Shown here: positions 12,775-23,300 of the stretch, piece after piece
Position numbering within the stretch: the stretch's first letter is position 1
Layout: each line of letters opens with the position of its first letter
DNA from: Saccostrea cucullata
Lineage: Eukaryota
Length of the DNA: 64,000 nucleotides
Direction: 5' to 3'
NCBI RefSeq assembly: GCF_032062105.1
Contig: NW_026936910.1
Location: forward strand, 1 to 64,000
The notes under the pieces: generated by a model
What the model was told of the DNA's origin: nothing
The model's input: the letters and a program-made list of their open reading frames with translations, nothing else
The model's database searches: none
Made by a program: the position numbers and the translations under genes

Positions 12775-14365
12775 TTAATCCTCATACAGTAAAAACCCAC
12801 AGAAGCTTGTCTCCCACCCAAATAGATTCCTCCCGCTCGTTGTAGCCTCCCTTACCCACACGGCATCTCCGGCGTTCACGTGGACGATGGTCGACCCTCC
12901 GCCGTTAGCGCACGTCGTCGATCCCCCGGCATAGTGTCCCCCTTTACTGACCCCCCTCCACGAACAGTTCCGTCCGGTCCTCGTGACCAGCGGTACACAT
13001 GATCAGTTGTACGTGGAAAACGTACACGCCCGATACGCTGGGAGTAAAGATCCCGGATGTACCATGGTATCAGTTACCAACGTTTGAGATGACGTTCCCG
13101 AAGGCCAGAGTTTGATGGACCGAGATATTCTGATAATCTATGGGTTTGTTGGCATAGAAAGCTATTTCTGCAAAAGAATTGTTTAAGATATATTAAATAA
13201 TAGATCAAAATTATACTTTAAATCCCCATTTATACGTGTCCGCTTAAACTATAGTCATTTATATACATGTATCAGCAAGTAACTAACTTTTTAAAATCTG
13301 GTTATGAAAGTTTCGAAAGTTTCCATAATGCTACACCTCTTGAACTACAACTAAACCTTATTGTTCTGAGTTTTTATAACCTTTGCAATATATCGTTACC
13401 GATAAAATACATTATATATGTGCATATATTTGCACAATCTAACTTTATTCTCATAATTTGGACAGTGATCGACGTACACCGGCGGACTTTGTTTTGAGCC
13501 TCGCGGCTAACACTCGGAGTTCCTCGGATGGTTCGTACCTAGCACATAACCTCGGACGTCAACGGTGATCTTCCATCTTGCTGATACAGTCATGTGATAT
13601 TATTTGAATTTCATTCAAATGTTATACTTTTGAAATCTGAGTTACTTTGTTGCACGCCCAACACTGTGTTCTTCTAGATCTTTCAAAAACTACTCAGTAA
13701 CATATGGTTGTGATTAACATGAGGAATTACACAAATCAAGAAACCTATTTGGAAGAACTTTAGGCAGAGGGAAATATGAAAAGAGACAAGGCAGTTTCCG
13801 GCGGGGAAATGTGTCGACTTGATGCGTATCACTCCACCTGTCATATCCCAAACTCCATACAGTGTCGATTCTCCGGGACTACTTTCCCTACGAATAATGA
13901 TATGGAGTTGTAGCGTAACGTAATACTGAGCTGTTTGGAGCTTGGTCATATCCGAGGTTTCAATAGAGCGTAGCGGAGTCAGCCGAGAATTGCCGATTGT
14001 GCGGCTACATTTAACAATTCAGTCTGACTTAACTCTATCCAGAAAAATAAATGGCCCATCGACTATTTACCTGTGGTGACCTTTTGCGAGTTTAGCAATA
14101 ATCGTCGATTTCTTTCTTGAGTAAGTAATAATCTATTTAGATCAGTTTCATCTCTCCTGGAAGCGCTGTCGCTCTGCGGACTTCCAGTTTTAGGGTTCAG
14201 TCTTACTTCCTGTCGGAGCTGCTCGACTTCCTGTCGTAGTAACGATCGTTCCTGTCTTAGAAATCGAATGTCATCTGAGGAAGATTCTTCGCCATTTGAC
14301 TCTGTTAATCCTAACCACACAAAAAACAAACATATCGCTATAAAGGCATATTTCTGGATGGTCAT
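12775..14365 (-). pseudogene. C1qDC gene C, disrupted
   Basis: Exon 1 14365-14071 is open (signal peptide, coiled coil, RNRR, donor G|GTAAAT). Exon 2 13167-12775 (IAFYANKP...TSFCGFLLYED*) has an in-frame TGA at 13072-13070 and a +1 G in the homopolymer at 12951-12956. Confidence 0.85.
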
Positions 14366-15885
14366 TATACTATATTTTTAAGTTTTCCTTAATAAGTTTA
14401 TATTACAATACTTAATAATTTGATCTTTCCCTAGAGGAATTGATAAGGATTTGTAGGTCAGAATGTAGGAGCTACATGTAGTATAGAACCACATGTGATT
14501 ATACAAGTCACTGATAATGCAGAATCCGATGACTAATAAGCGTTAATTAACAAAGAAGGGACCAAAAAAGCAAGGTGTTTCAACCATCTGAATAAAACTT
14601 CGGGAAAACATAAAATCAGGGTCATTGTTTTGGCGGCTTAACACGCTCCAATTTATGTACATGTATGTCATTGCTATATATTATGTAAAGATATGATTCC
14701 CAGCAAGTTATACATGTAAAACTAATGATTTCCGAATCCTTTCTGATATAATAAATATTTTCGTGGCTGTTAGGGTACTTACTTACTTAGAACCTATTTT
14801 CATTGGCTATTAAGTCAGAGTTACTGCATAGACAAAAAATCTTAACAATTAAGTGCTGATTGGAGGAAAAAGCGCGGGTTAGGTTCTATACACATTTAAA
14901 AAAGTCACTGTAATATTTTACAAATATATAACGAGATATATTTTGTGAATATGCATGCTTTTTGAGTTCTTCTCTACATTGATCCAACATACATGTACAT
15001 CCAGGAACGTATAATAGATTATAATAAAAAATCGAGACGTTATTCAAGAATCTTTTTCAGGAATACGCTTAATATATAATTTAAAAAAAAATGTATTATA
15101 CTAAATCTTATATTGATTGCTATCGAGTTCATGACTGTTAATTGTCCACATTTTATTCAAATTTATTGTCCTCAGACTCATCGAAAAAGAATAGAAAATG
15201 TAAATAATTTGTAATTGATTTATTGCTCAGGATAAACATCCTATGGCATTTAACAAAATGCACAATTATATTTACATAGAGCTCTAGGAAATGAAGCGTT
15301 GTACATATGATGGGAAAAAGTCACAATGACCTTGTATGACAGGGATATTATAACTGTCCTTTACAGATTTACAAATGTAATAAATACAATATGCATGTAA
15401 AGTTTACATATAACATACAGATAAATTATTGACAGTTCCTTATTTCAAAAGCTTTTAAAATATATTTTCCAAGACTACAGAGTTCTTTGACAATATTAAC
15501 ACTAATGAGCTGTATAAATTTAAACACAGAGGGTTTACTCCAATAACATTTCTTAATGATTTTTTTTTTCTCAAGTCTATATGTATCAAGGATATATATG
15601 AGTATAAAATCAAAATGACATTCATCCTCTAAATCTTTATGTGATTTACAAATTGGACATTATCTTTGGTCTCTTGGGATATTTTTGTGCGTGTCATTTT
15701 CAATTACTATAGGTTGTATGAGGACAAAGGAATTTTAGAAATACATCTCTTAAACATTTTTGGAATAGGCTTCACCAATTAGTATACTGTAGACAGAAGT
15801 TACTAATTAAGTGTTTATATATACTACACTTTGATTCTTTATATACTTGATTCTTTCTATATATATTCTTTATAAATAAAAAAAA

Positions 15886-16137
15886 CATAGGCGGTGGGGG
15901 GGGGGGGGGGGGCTTGGCAGAGACGGACATCATATATGTATCAAATGTTGGGGCGTAGGTTTAGACGTCCCCCCCCCCCCCAAACTTTCAACAGGCACGT
16001 TGCAGTGTAAGTGTCGTCGAAGAAGGGTAAGTGGTAGTGTTTTGGAAGGAAAATTGTACTTATAGAAGTTCGATCCTACAACCCCCCCCCCCTCCTTTAT
16101 TTATCCCCCCACTTTCAATTTGCTTCAGACGCCAATG
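15886..16137. mobile_element. Short hAT-like MITE with poly-G/poly-C tracts
   Basis: Termini CATAGGCG... and ...CGCCAATG; A-rich flanks prevent a clear TSD call. Confidence 0.4.
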
Positions 16138-16984
16138 AAAAATATATAATAAATTAAAATTCATGCTCAAGATTATGTTTCAACTTCATCGGTATCTATT
16201 AATTAATCATGTGAAGTAACCTAAAAATGACCTTGGTCATGTTGACTGCGGATTTGTAAAACCTTGAGAAAACAAAGATTCCTCGCAAATTGGTACATAT
16301 AAAGAAGGACTTAACTCTAACAGAAAATTGGCCCCAGTCTCCCAAATTTTAAAACAATCTTCGCTGGCCTAGTGTCCAATTATTGCATGTCATGTTTTTT
16401 TTCACGTTTAGGCACAGGGGCTTGCTATAAGCGATATATACTAAAAGTGTGAAGTTTTAGCATATCGATTTTTTTCAATAAACATTTTTTACACGCCAGG
16501 AGCAAGCCCCTATTCATTTGCTTGTCAGAAAAATGTTGGGTTGGTAATGATCAATTCCTGGATCCGTTTATGATACTTTGTTAGCTATTCAAAACTATTG
16601 AGTATGGAAAATCTGTTAGCAAAGCGCAACAACTCTTACCACTTACCATTCAGTCTATGTATTTTAATGCCCCCCCCCCTCTTTTCTTTTTATTTTTCTA
16701 TTAACGTCATTTATTTTTCCATCTAATATCTTTCGAAATGTCTCAAAATGTTGCTTGTCATGACCTTGTGAGTGCAATTTCATTATGAAACACAAAAGAG
16801 AGAACTTTGTTCCATCTTGGAATACATAAGGCATAGACACAGCTGCATGAAATATATGTAAAAAATTAATTCAGATTAATGAATTGTACTTGCATAAGAA
16901 TTCTAATTATTGAATATTCAATGCATTCATCATAACTTTTCTGAGTTTGTAAACATTGTCATTAGTTGTACATGTATATGACTG

Positions 16985-17280
16985 TATGTTTGCATTTTTG
17001 TTTAGAATTTGTCACTCAATCCATATGGAAACACCACAATTTGCTAATGAAGAGCTGCAAATTCTGATCTATACTCGGCCATCATGGCCATTGAGCAGGG
17101 AGGGATCTTTTGAAAATTTTCTTGCCAGCATCTGCTGCGACACCGGACCTTGGTTTAAATACGGTTTCATCTGAAGGACAAGATTCCACTGCCCACTGTA
17201 GGATTCACACCCATGACTTATGGATTAACAACTTACTCCGCGACTCTAGAGCAGACACTTGACCACTTTGCCATGTAGCT
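16985..17280 (-). mobile_element. Near full-length, diverged MetaSINE copy
   Basis: Reverse strand shows a tRNA head GCTACATGGCAAAGTGGTCAAGTGTCTGCTCTAGAGTCGC and core GTCCTTCAGATGAAACC...CCAAGGTCCGGTGTCGCAGCAGATGCTGGCAAG; same family as 2440-2735. Confidence 0.8.
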
Positions 17281-17743
17281 GACTTGTAAATGTATCTACT
17301 AGTATATTAAGTTCAAGTCGATACATATGGTACATGTGTAATATAAAATGATCTTTTTATAGCATTACTCAGACAAAGGTACAACTTTGGAACAACATGT
17401 ACGTTACACCTGCATCATGGCTGCATGCGATAGAAAGACACAGGATATGACTTATGGCATAATTACATCTCTCACTCATTAGCTGTTAAAAATGTATCTT
17501 TTAAAATAAGAAAGGCTTTCAATCAATGCATCATTGACTTTTGAAGAAAAATATAGCTTTGCAATGTCCCAGATTATATCAACTATAAAATTTTGTTCAA
17601 GTTTGCTTCTTCTACTGAGCATCTATGGATACTGAAGTTCAATCAATACAAAAAACTTTTTAAATGAAAGTCTGCTTTGAATTCAATAAGGGGCGCACAG
17701 GGTGGGCTATAAAAATATTATTCAGGTCCTTTTCTGAAATATT

Positions 17744-18877
17744 TCACACTCTTCCATTGTTGCACGTTTTCTTCAGTTTCTCTACTTCACTGGACAATGA
17801 TTTTATTTTCTTTCTCTGCTGTTCTAACTTAGCGATCAACTCCGTCCTACTCATTATTTTATGGGAATCAGTGCTGTTCAGATAATTTTTATCTTTCGCA
17901 TTCATAGCTCTCTCTGTCTCTCTTGATTTTCTCATTCTGAGCTTATGACGAATTCTTTGGCAAGGCTTGCACCTGCTATTTTGCACCAGTAAAGGGCAGT
18001 TTACAGACCGGATGCACGAGCTATATGAAACATCCCCCAAGATGGCACAAAAATCTCCTTCTCGGAAAGCCACTATGTCATTATTACCCGTGGTAACCCC
18101 ACTCTTGACGGAACCGTCCACTGGCACAATGCTATGAAATTCCTCATCAGGATTTCCAAAACAAACAGAAAACGAACTTATTCTTCTCATTAGGTCTTCT
18201 ACCAAGGTCACTGTTGAAAACTCACTGGGCATACCAACCCAGCATGGATGAGTTTTTGACAATTCTCTCCTGTGCACAAAAAGACGGGCATGAAACTCTG
18301 TATCGATAAGGACGGAAAGTTTGACACCCGTTCTCGCTGGAGAACTGCGGTACATTTCTATGATATTTATAGCATCATCATTAAAGTCTAAAAAGTAAAG
18401 CATTTTAAGGAAATCACTTCCATGCAGGTTGTCATAAAGGATTTGTAGTGGAGTGACTTTGGTCTCTATCTCGACACTTGGCTGAGAGAGTTGAACATGG
18501 TTGAATTCAGTATCGGTAGATTCTTCATTAGTCTGTAATTCAGTTGTTGTGAGGGTGTACCAGTTTACTTGGGATTCACATTTCACTCTTTCTTCTAGTT
18601 CTTCTGGGACATTATTTACATGTTCTCCGTCTACCTGTGCATCACATTCATCCTTTTCTTGTTTGATTATTTGACTGGGAACACTACATTGATAATTCCA
18701 GCCTCCCTGTGGGTCCGACTTCTCCATTTCTACAACAGTTTGAAGTCCTTGTGGCGCACTATATCCATGTTCCTGAAGGATTCCTTTTTTAACCTGGCAA
18801 TTTTCTTCTGTTATCTTCCTCTTTTTATAATGATATTTCTTTCTCTGGCAAATCAAGGTTCTTTTTTTCCTAGCCAT
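17744..18877 (-). CDS. 377-aa uncharacterised nuclear-type protein resembling the N-terminal non-catalytic region of invertebrate P-element-like (THAP9-related) transposases
   Basis: Uninterrupted ORF preceded by a splice acceptor (ATTTTAG|A ATG at 18880-18875). Basic NLS-like N-terminus (RKKR, KKYHYKKRK), motifs VCFGNPDEEF and IRSVNCPLLVQNSRCKPC, C-terminal coiled coil. No DDE catalytic region. Family resemblance is from memory, not a search. Confidence 0.65.
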   Translation of the reverse strand: MARKKRTLICQRKKYHYKKRKITEENCQVKKGILQEHGYSAPQGLQTVVEMEKSDPQGGWNYQCSVPSQIIKQEKDECDAQVDGEHVNNVPEELEERVKCESQVNWYTLTTTELQTNEESTDTEFNHVQLSQPSVEIETKVTPLQILYDNLHGSDFLKMLYFLDFNDDAINIIEMYRSSPARTGVKLSVLIDTEFHARLFVHRRELSKTHPCWVGMPSEFSTVTLVEDLMRRISSFSVCFGNPDEEFHSIVPVDGSVKSGVTTGNNDIVAFREGDFCAILGDVSYSSCIRSVNCPLLVQNSRCKPCQRIRHKLRMRKSRETERAMNAKDKNYLNSTDSHKIMSRTELIAKLEQQRKKIKSLSSEVEKLKKTCNNGRV

Positions 18878-19950
18878 TCTAAAATAAGAAAAATTATTTT
18901 TGTATTAACTAAATACATTCTCATCAATCTTTTCTAAATTTAAATTATAAGGCTTTAGCTCTAATGATAAACCATGATTAGTTGATTACATTTACCAGTT
19001 CCAATCAGGAAGCTTAGCTATACCTAGCTAGCATACCTATACCGTAGCTTTCTTTATAGGTACAATGTACTTTCATGCAACTTTGGACAATTTTTTGCTT
19101 TTTTTATCATGCTGGCGCTCTCAATGTAATTCTTAAATGAGGCAAGATAAAGCAACAAGACCTTTATAGTATAGAGGGCTAGACCAATTTCCATAGCAAA
19201 ATTTTACTTAAAAAATAAAATCCGTCATTTACAGAATTACATGAAGCGTCTTAGCCCTATATGCTTTCTTTTTTATAGATTACTGATGTTGATACATAAC
19301 AAGTTATTTTTTTTAAGCGATCCAAAGCAGAGAAAAATTGGAAAGTAGAACGTACATTTAAGTAACTGTTTAGTTATATGTGTATTGAATTGCCCAGTCA
19401 AAACACCTGCAGTTTCAAGTGATACCCTTTGACTAAAGCCAGGAGTGAACTCGCAATTTTTTTTTCTCACTTGATTGACCATTCATCTTAATTAAGCCTT
19501 GAGTTTTGTGTACAAGTATATGCATTAGATGATTACTGTAGCAGGCTATGCTAAAGCATACAGCTCATGGCTTGGTGACAATCGAGTGATTTTCTATTAA
19601 CTTTTTTGATAAAGTATTAATTGTGAACTTCTGACAGTTCTGTGGACTAAGCTCAGACGCTATTTCATGCATGCTTGGAAATAATCACTGCATGCATCAA
19701 TCAGCAATTATGCACGTGCTAAGAAAAATAAAAATGCTAAATAATGTTAGACTATTCTTCAGGTAGCTAGGTAAATAAGGCTACATCAGTATGTAGCTAT
19801 ATTGATACTGGACACTATAAACATGATAAACTGTATTTGCTCAATGCAACTCGATATGTTGCATGTTCACCTTACATGTAGTTATAATAGTCATGGGCAC
19901 GTCAACAAAATTCCAATAGACTTTGTTTGCTAACTGAAAACAAAATTTAC

Positions 19951-20394
19951 CCTTCCGGAGAGCTGTAGACTGCAGATTAGGCTATATTATGGAGCAAAAG
20001 TAGGTCAGTACGCAGGGCAAACATGTTGTCTGACGTCACCCCTTTAGTTAGGGAGAATGACACGGTCACCGGATGTTGCGAAAACTTTACAAGGGTGACT
20101 CCATTTTTAAAGAAGGGGTGTCAAGGTTTCAACCATTGCGGTTCGAAATGCGCAGAATATAATTGCGATATAAGATTTATTGGAAACATTCGCACAGAGA
20201 TCGCTGAAAGGTGTTTATGCATGGATTAAAAAATGAAAACGTCGAAATCAGAAAGTGCAGCTGTGATAAACAAATCGCATGAATTTAGAACGACCTATTA
20301 GCGGAAGTTGACAGCATGCAGGTGTGACGTCAGAGGGAAAACAGAAACAAGATGGAAAACTAAGTTATACAGGTGCGTAATAAGCCGTGTTATC
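19951..20394. promoter_or_regulatory. Compact bidirectional promoter, including a putative non-coding first exon of the minus-strand gene
   Basis: Minus-strand donor AAGG|GTAAAT at 19950. Two perfect CRE palindromes TGACGTCA (20031-20038, 20325-20332), ETS-type CCGGAAG/CCGGATGT/GCGGAAGT (19952, 20069, 20301) and YY1-like AAGATGG (20349), lying between two divergent genes. Confidence 0.6.
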
Positions 20395-23300
20395 ATGATG
20401 AATTCTGACCTAATTACCCCAAAATTTGACGCTGATGATGAAGGAAGCATGAACGAGGACGAGTCGGAAGTTGTCATTAGGACAGGGATAAATTATTTCA
20501 AAGACTACGTGAGTGCGAAGGGACACAGTCTGCAGGCACTTGCTATGATGCCGCCCGTTCAAATTGCAGATTATCTGAAAGATTTCTACACAACTATTAA
20601 GTCCCAGGATGTCGAGCCTTTTCCGTCGTCTCTGAAATTCATAAGGAATGGTCTGCAAAAATATTTTATGAAGCATCATGGCATTGACATTGTGAAAGAT
20701 AGAGATTTTGTGCATGCGAATAGTGTTTTTGATAAAGCAATAAAACAGGTTCCCCGTAGGTGTCATCGGCTTAGAATAGAATTCGAGGATCTTAAAAAAC
20801 TCTACATGGGTCCTGCTTTGGAACTCGAGCAGCCTATATGAACAAAGTGTTTTTAAAGATTCAATTTGTACATAACAAGTTATTTTTTGAGAGCAATCCA
20901 AAGCAGAGAAAAATTGAAGTTGCAACAAGTATGTTTTTATATGTGTATTGAATTGCACAGACAAAGACACATGCAGTTTCAAGTGATAACCTTTGACTAA
21001 AGCAGGAGTGAACTCGCAATTTTTTTTTCTCACTCGATTGACCATTCATCTTAATTAAGCCTTGAGTTATGTGTAGATTTTTGCAGTAAAATTGGTTGTG
21101 GAGAGTATGCTAAAGCAACAGCTCATTCTTTGAATTGCATCAACTTCAGTTGCCAACTTTTTTGATAAAATATTAAAGTGTGTCCTGACAGGCTTTCACT
21201 GCAGTCAAAAGCTATTTCATGCATACTTGGAAATAATCACTGCATCAATCAGCAATTATATGCAACATGTAAGAAAAATTATTTCAAAGATAACAAAAGG
21301 GGTTGCACTGAAATTAACAACCATTTGAGATTGTTTGACTTTTATTCCAATTCATACAAAGTTGAAAACACAACTAATTTCTTAAATAATTTTTCGCTTC
21401 AAATTTACACGCCATGTTTACCATTTGTGTTTACATTTAGCATGTTTCAGAACTCTCAGGATTGTTTGTAGTAAATGGACTGATTAAGATTTATCCCTTG
21501 TGTTTATTTTGCTACATTGCTAATACGCAGGTCAGGAACCTGTTGTAGAACAATCACCCCTTTTTAACGATTGAAGGTTCATCTATATTGTGAAAAGTTC
21601 AAGGGTGCATTTTTAAAGAATCTACTTTGCACCATTGGGGTTGCCACAATCCATTAATCGCAATATAAATTTATTGGAAACATTAGCATACTTAAAATCT
21701 TGATAAAAGTTTACTGATTAAAGATTGAACAAATCAGAAAGTACAGCTATGAAAAACAAATCGCATGAATTTAGAACGACCTATTAGCGGAATTGACAGC
21801 ATGCAGGTGTGACGAAGGAAAACAGAAACAAGATACTAAAAGAAGTTATACAGGTGCGTAATAAGCCGTGTTATCATGATGAATTCTGACCTAATTTCCC
21901 GAGGTAAAAAATTTGATTTTCGCACTCCTGATGATGATAGGAAGCAAAATGAGGAAAAAAAGTTGTTTAGGAAAGAATGGATAAATTATTTCAAAGACTA
22001 CGTGAGTGCGAAGGGACACAATATATAAGCACTTGCTATGATGCCGCCCGTTCAAATCGCAGATTATTTGAAAGATTTCTACACAACTATTAAGTCCACA
22101 GGATGTCGAGCCTTTTAACATGCTCGTTTCTGAAAAAAATTAAAATAAGGAATGGTCTGCAAAAATATTTTATGAAGCATCATGGCATTGACATTGTGAA
22201 AGATAGAGATTTTGTGCATGCGAATAGTGTTTTTGATGTCACAGTAAAACAGGTCCCCCGTAGGTGTCATCGGGGAAGGGGGAATAGAATTCGAGGATTT
22301 TAAAAAACTTTACATTTTTTAAACCTTAGCAGCTTCTGATACTTTGCAGAACAAAGTGTTTTTCGATGTCAATTTGTACATTTGCAATCGTGGAAAAGAC
22401 TTTCTGAGAGTGATGTCGAAATCTGACTTTGAAGTTGCAACAGATATGGAGGGACGACGGTATGTTTGGCTGAAGTATAATTCCAAGTTCAGCTTCAAAG
22501 AGTTGATCGGAGGGCTGAGTGAGAATGACTCGGTCATTCATGGAAATCAGATTGGCGAACGCATGTATGAGCGCCCAGGTATTCTATTTTTAGTAAAATT
22601 GGTTGTGGAGAGTTTTGAAAGTTTCTTTGAATTGCATCAACTTCAGTTGCCAAATCTGTGATCAGTCCAGTTAGAATAATCTAAGTGTGTCCTGCAGGGT
22701 TCGACACTAACATTTTTAGGCTTTGGTCCGGCCAGACTAGTGCGTCTTTACTTTTACTAGTCCGCGATCAATTTTATGAGTCCGTCAAAAATAAAAATAA
22801 ATAAATAAAATTAATGTTGCAATGTACTTTTTATACTTTTTTTTAAAAAAAACAAAAACAAAGCATTTACATGAAATGTTTATACCAAGAATTCGTTGAA
22901 ATCGCACAATCAGGAACTACGATCATATTCCTGATCTCATTCGTTTTTCACTATACATGATTACATCATCTAAACATCTGACATCTTTCTTTATGTGGCA
23001 TACTAAATCATAATCGCTAAAATGTTTAATTTCATTCCTGACCAATGAGTCCTAAAATTAAGCGCCGAATTGACTCAGAATTACCTAACTTTCTGCTAAG
23101 AAGCTAGAAAGCTAAAAATAAATATGGGGTTTTCCAGTGAAAGTTATCGAAAATTTGAACATCGGTAAATTCTTTTTTTTTTCCCCAGAAAATTTTATTA
23201 GTCCGTTCGGACTAATTAGCTACAATTTTTATTAGTCCGAATGAAAATGTATTAGTCTGAGACTAACGGACTAACGTTAATGTCGAACCCTGTCCTGGGT

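Noticed and set aside
13070-13072. In-frame TGA in C1qDC C as possible selenocysteine or readthrough
   Set aside because: Paralogs have Gln or Lys at this position, not Cys. A CGA->TGA transition explains it, the same exon also has a frameshift, and AATAAA at the stop leaves no room for a SECIS.
13468-14010. Possible MITE in the intron of C1qDC C
   Set aside because: The ends are CpG-rich with weak inverted similarity (AACCTCGGA/TCCGAGGTT), but no clear termini or TSD could be defined.
20410-21045. 211-aa minus-strand ORF
   Set aside because: Antisense shadow of the DUF3504 exon extended into the artefactual block; no recognisable protein features.
21870-22320. Genuine tandem paralog or pseudogene of the DUF3504 gene
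   Set aside because: Its differences from the first copy are words borrowed from 24570-24700 rather than random substitutions, which points to an assembly chimera.
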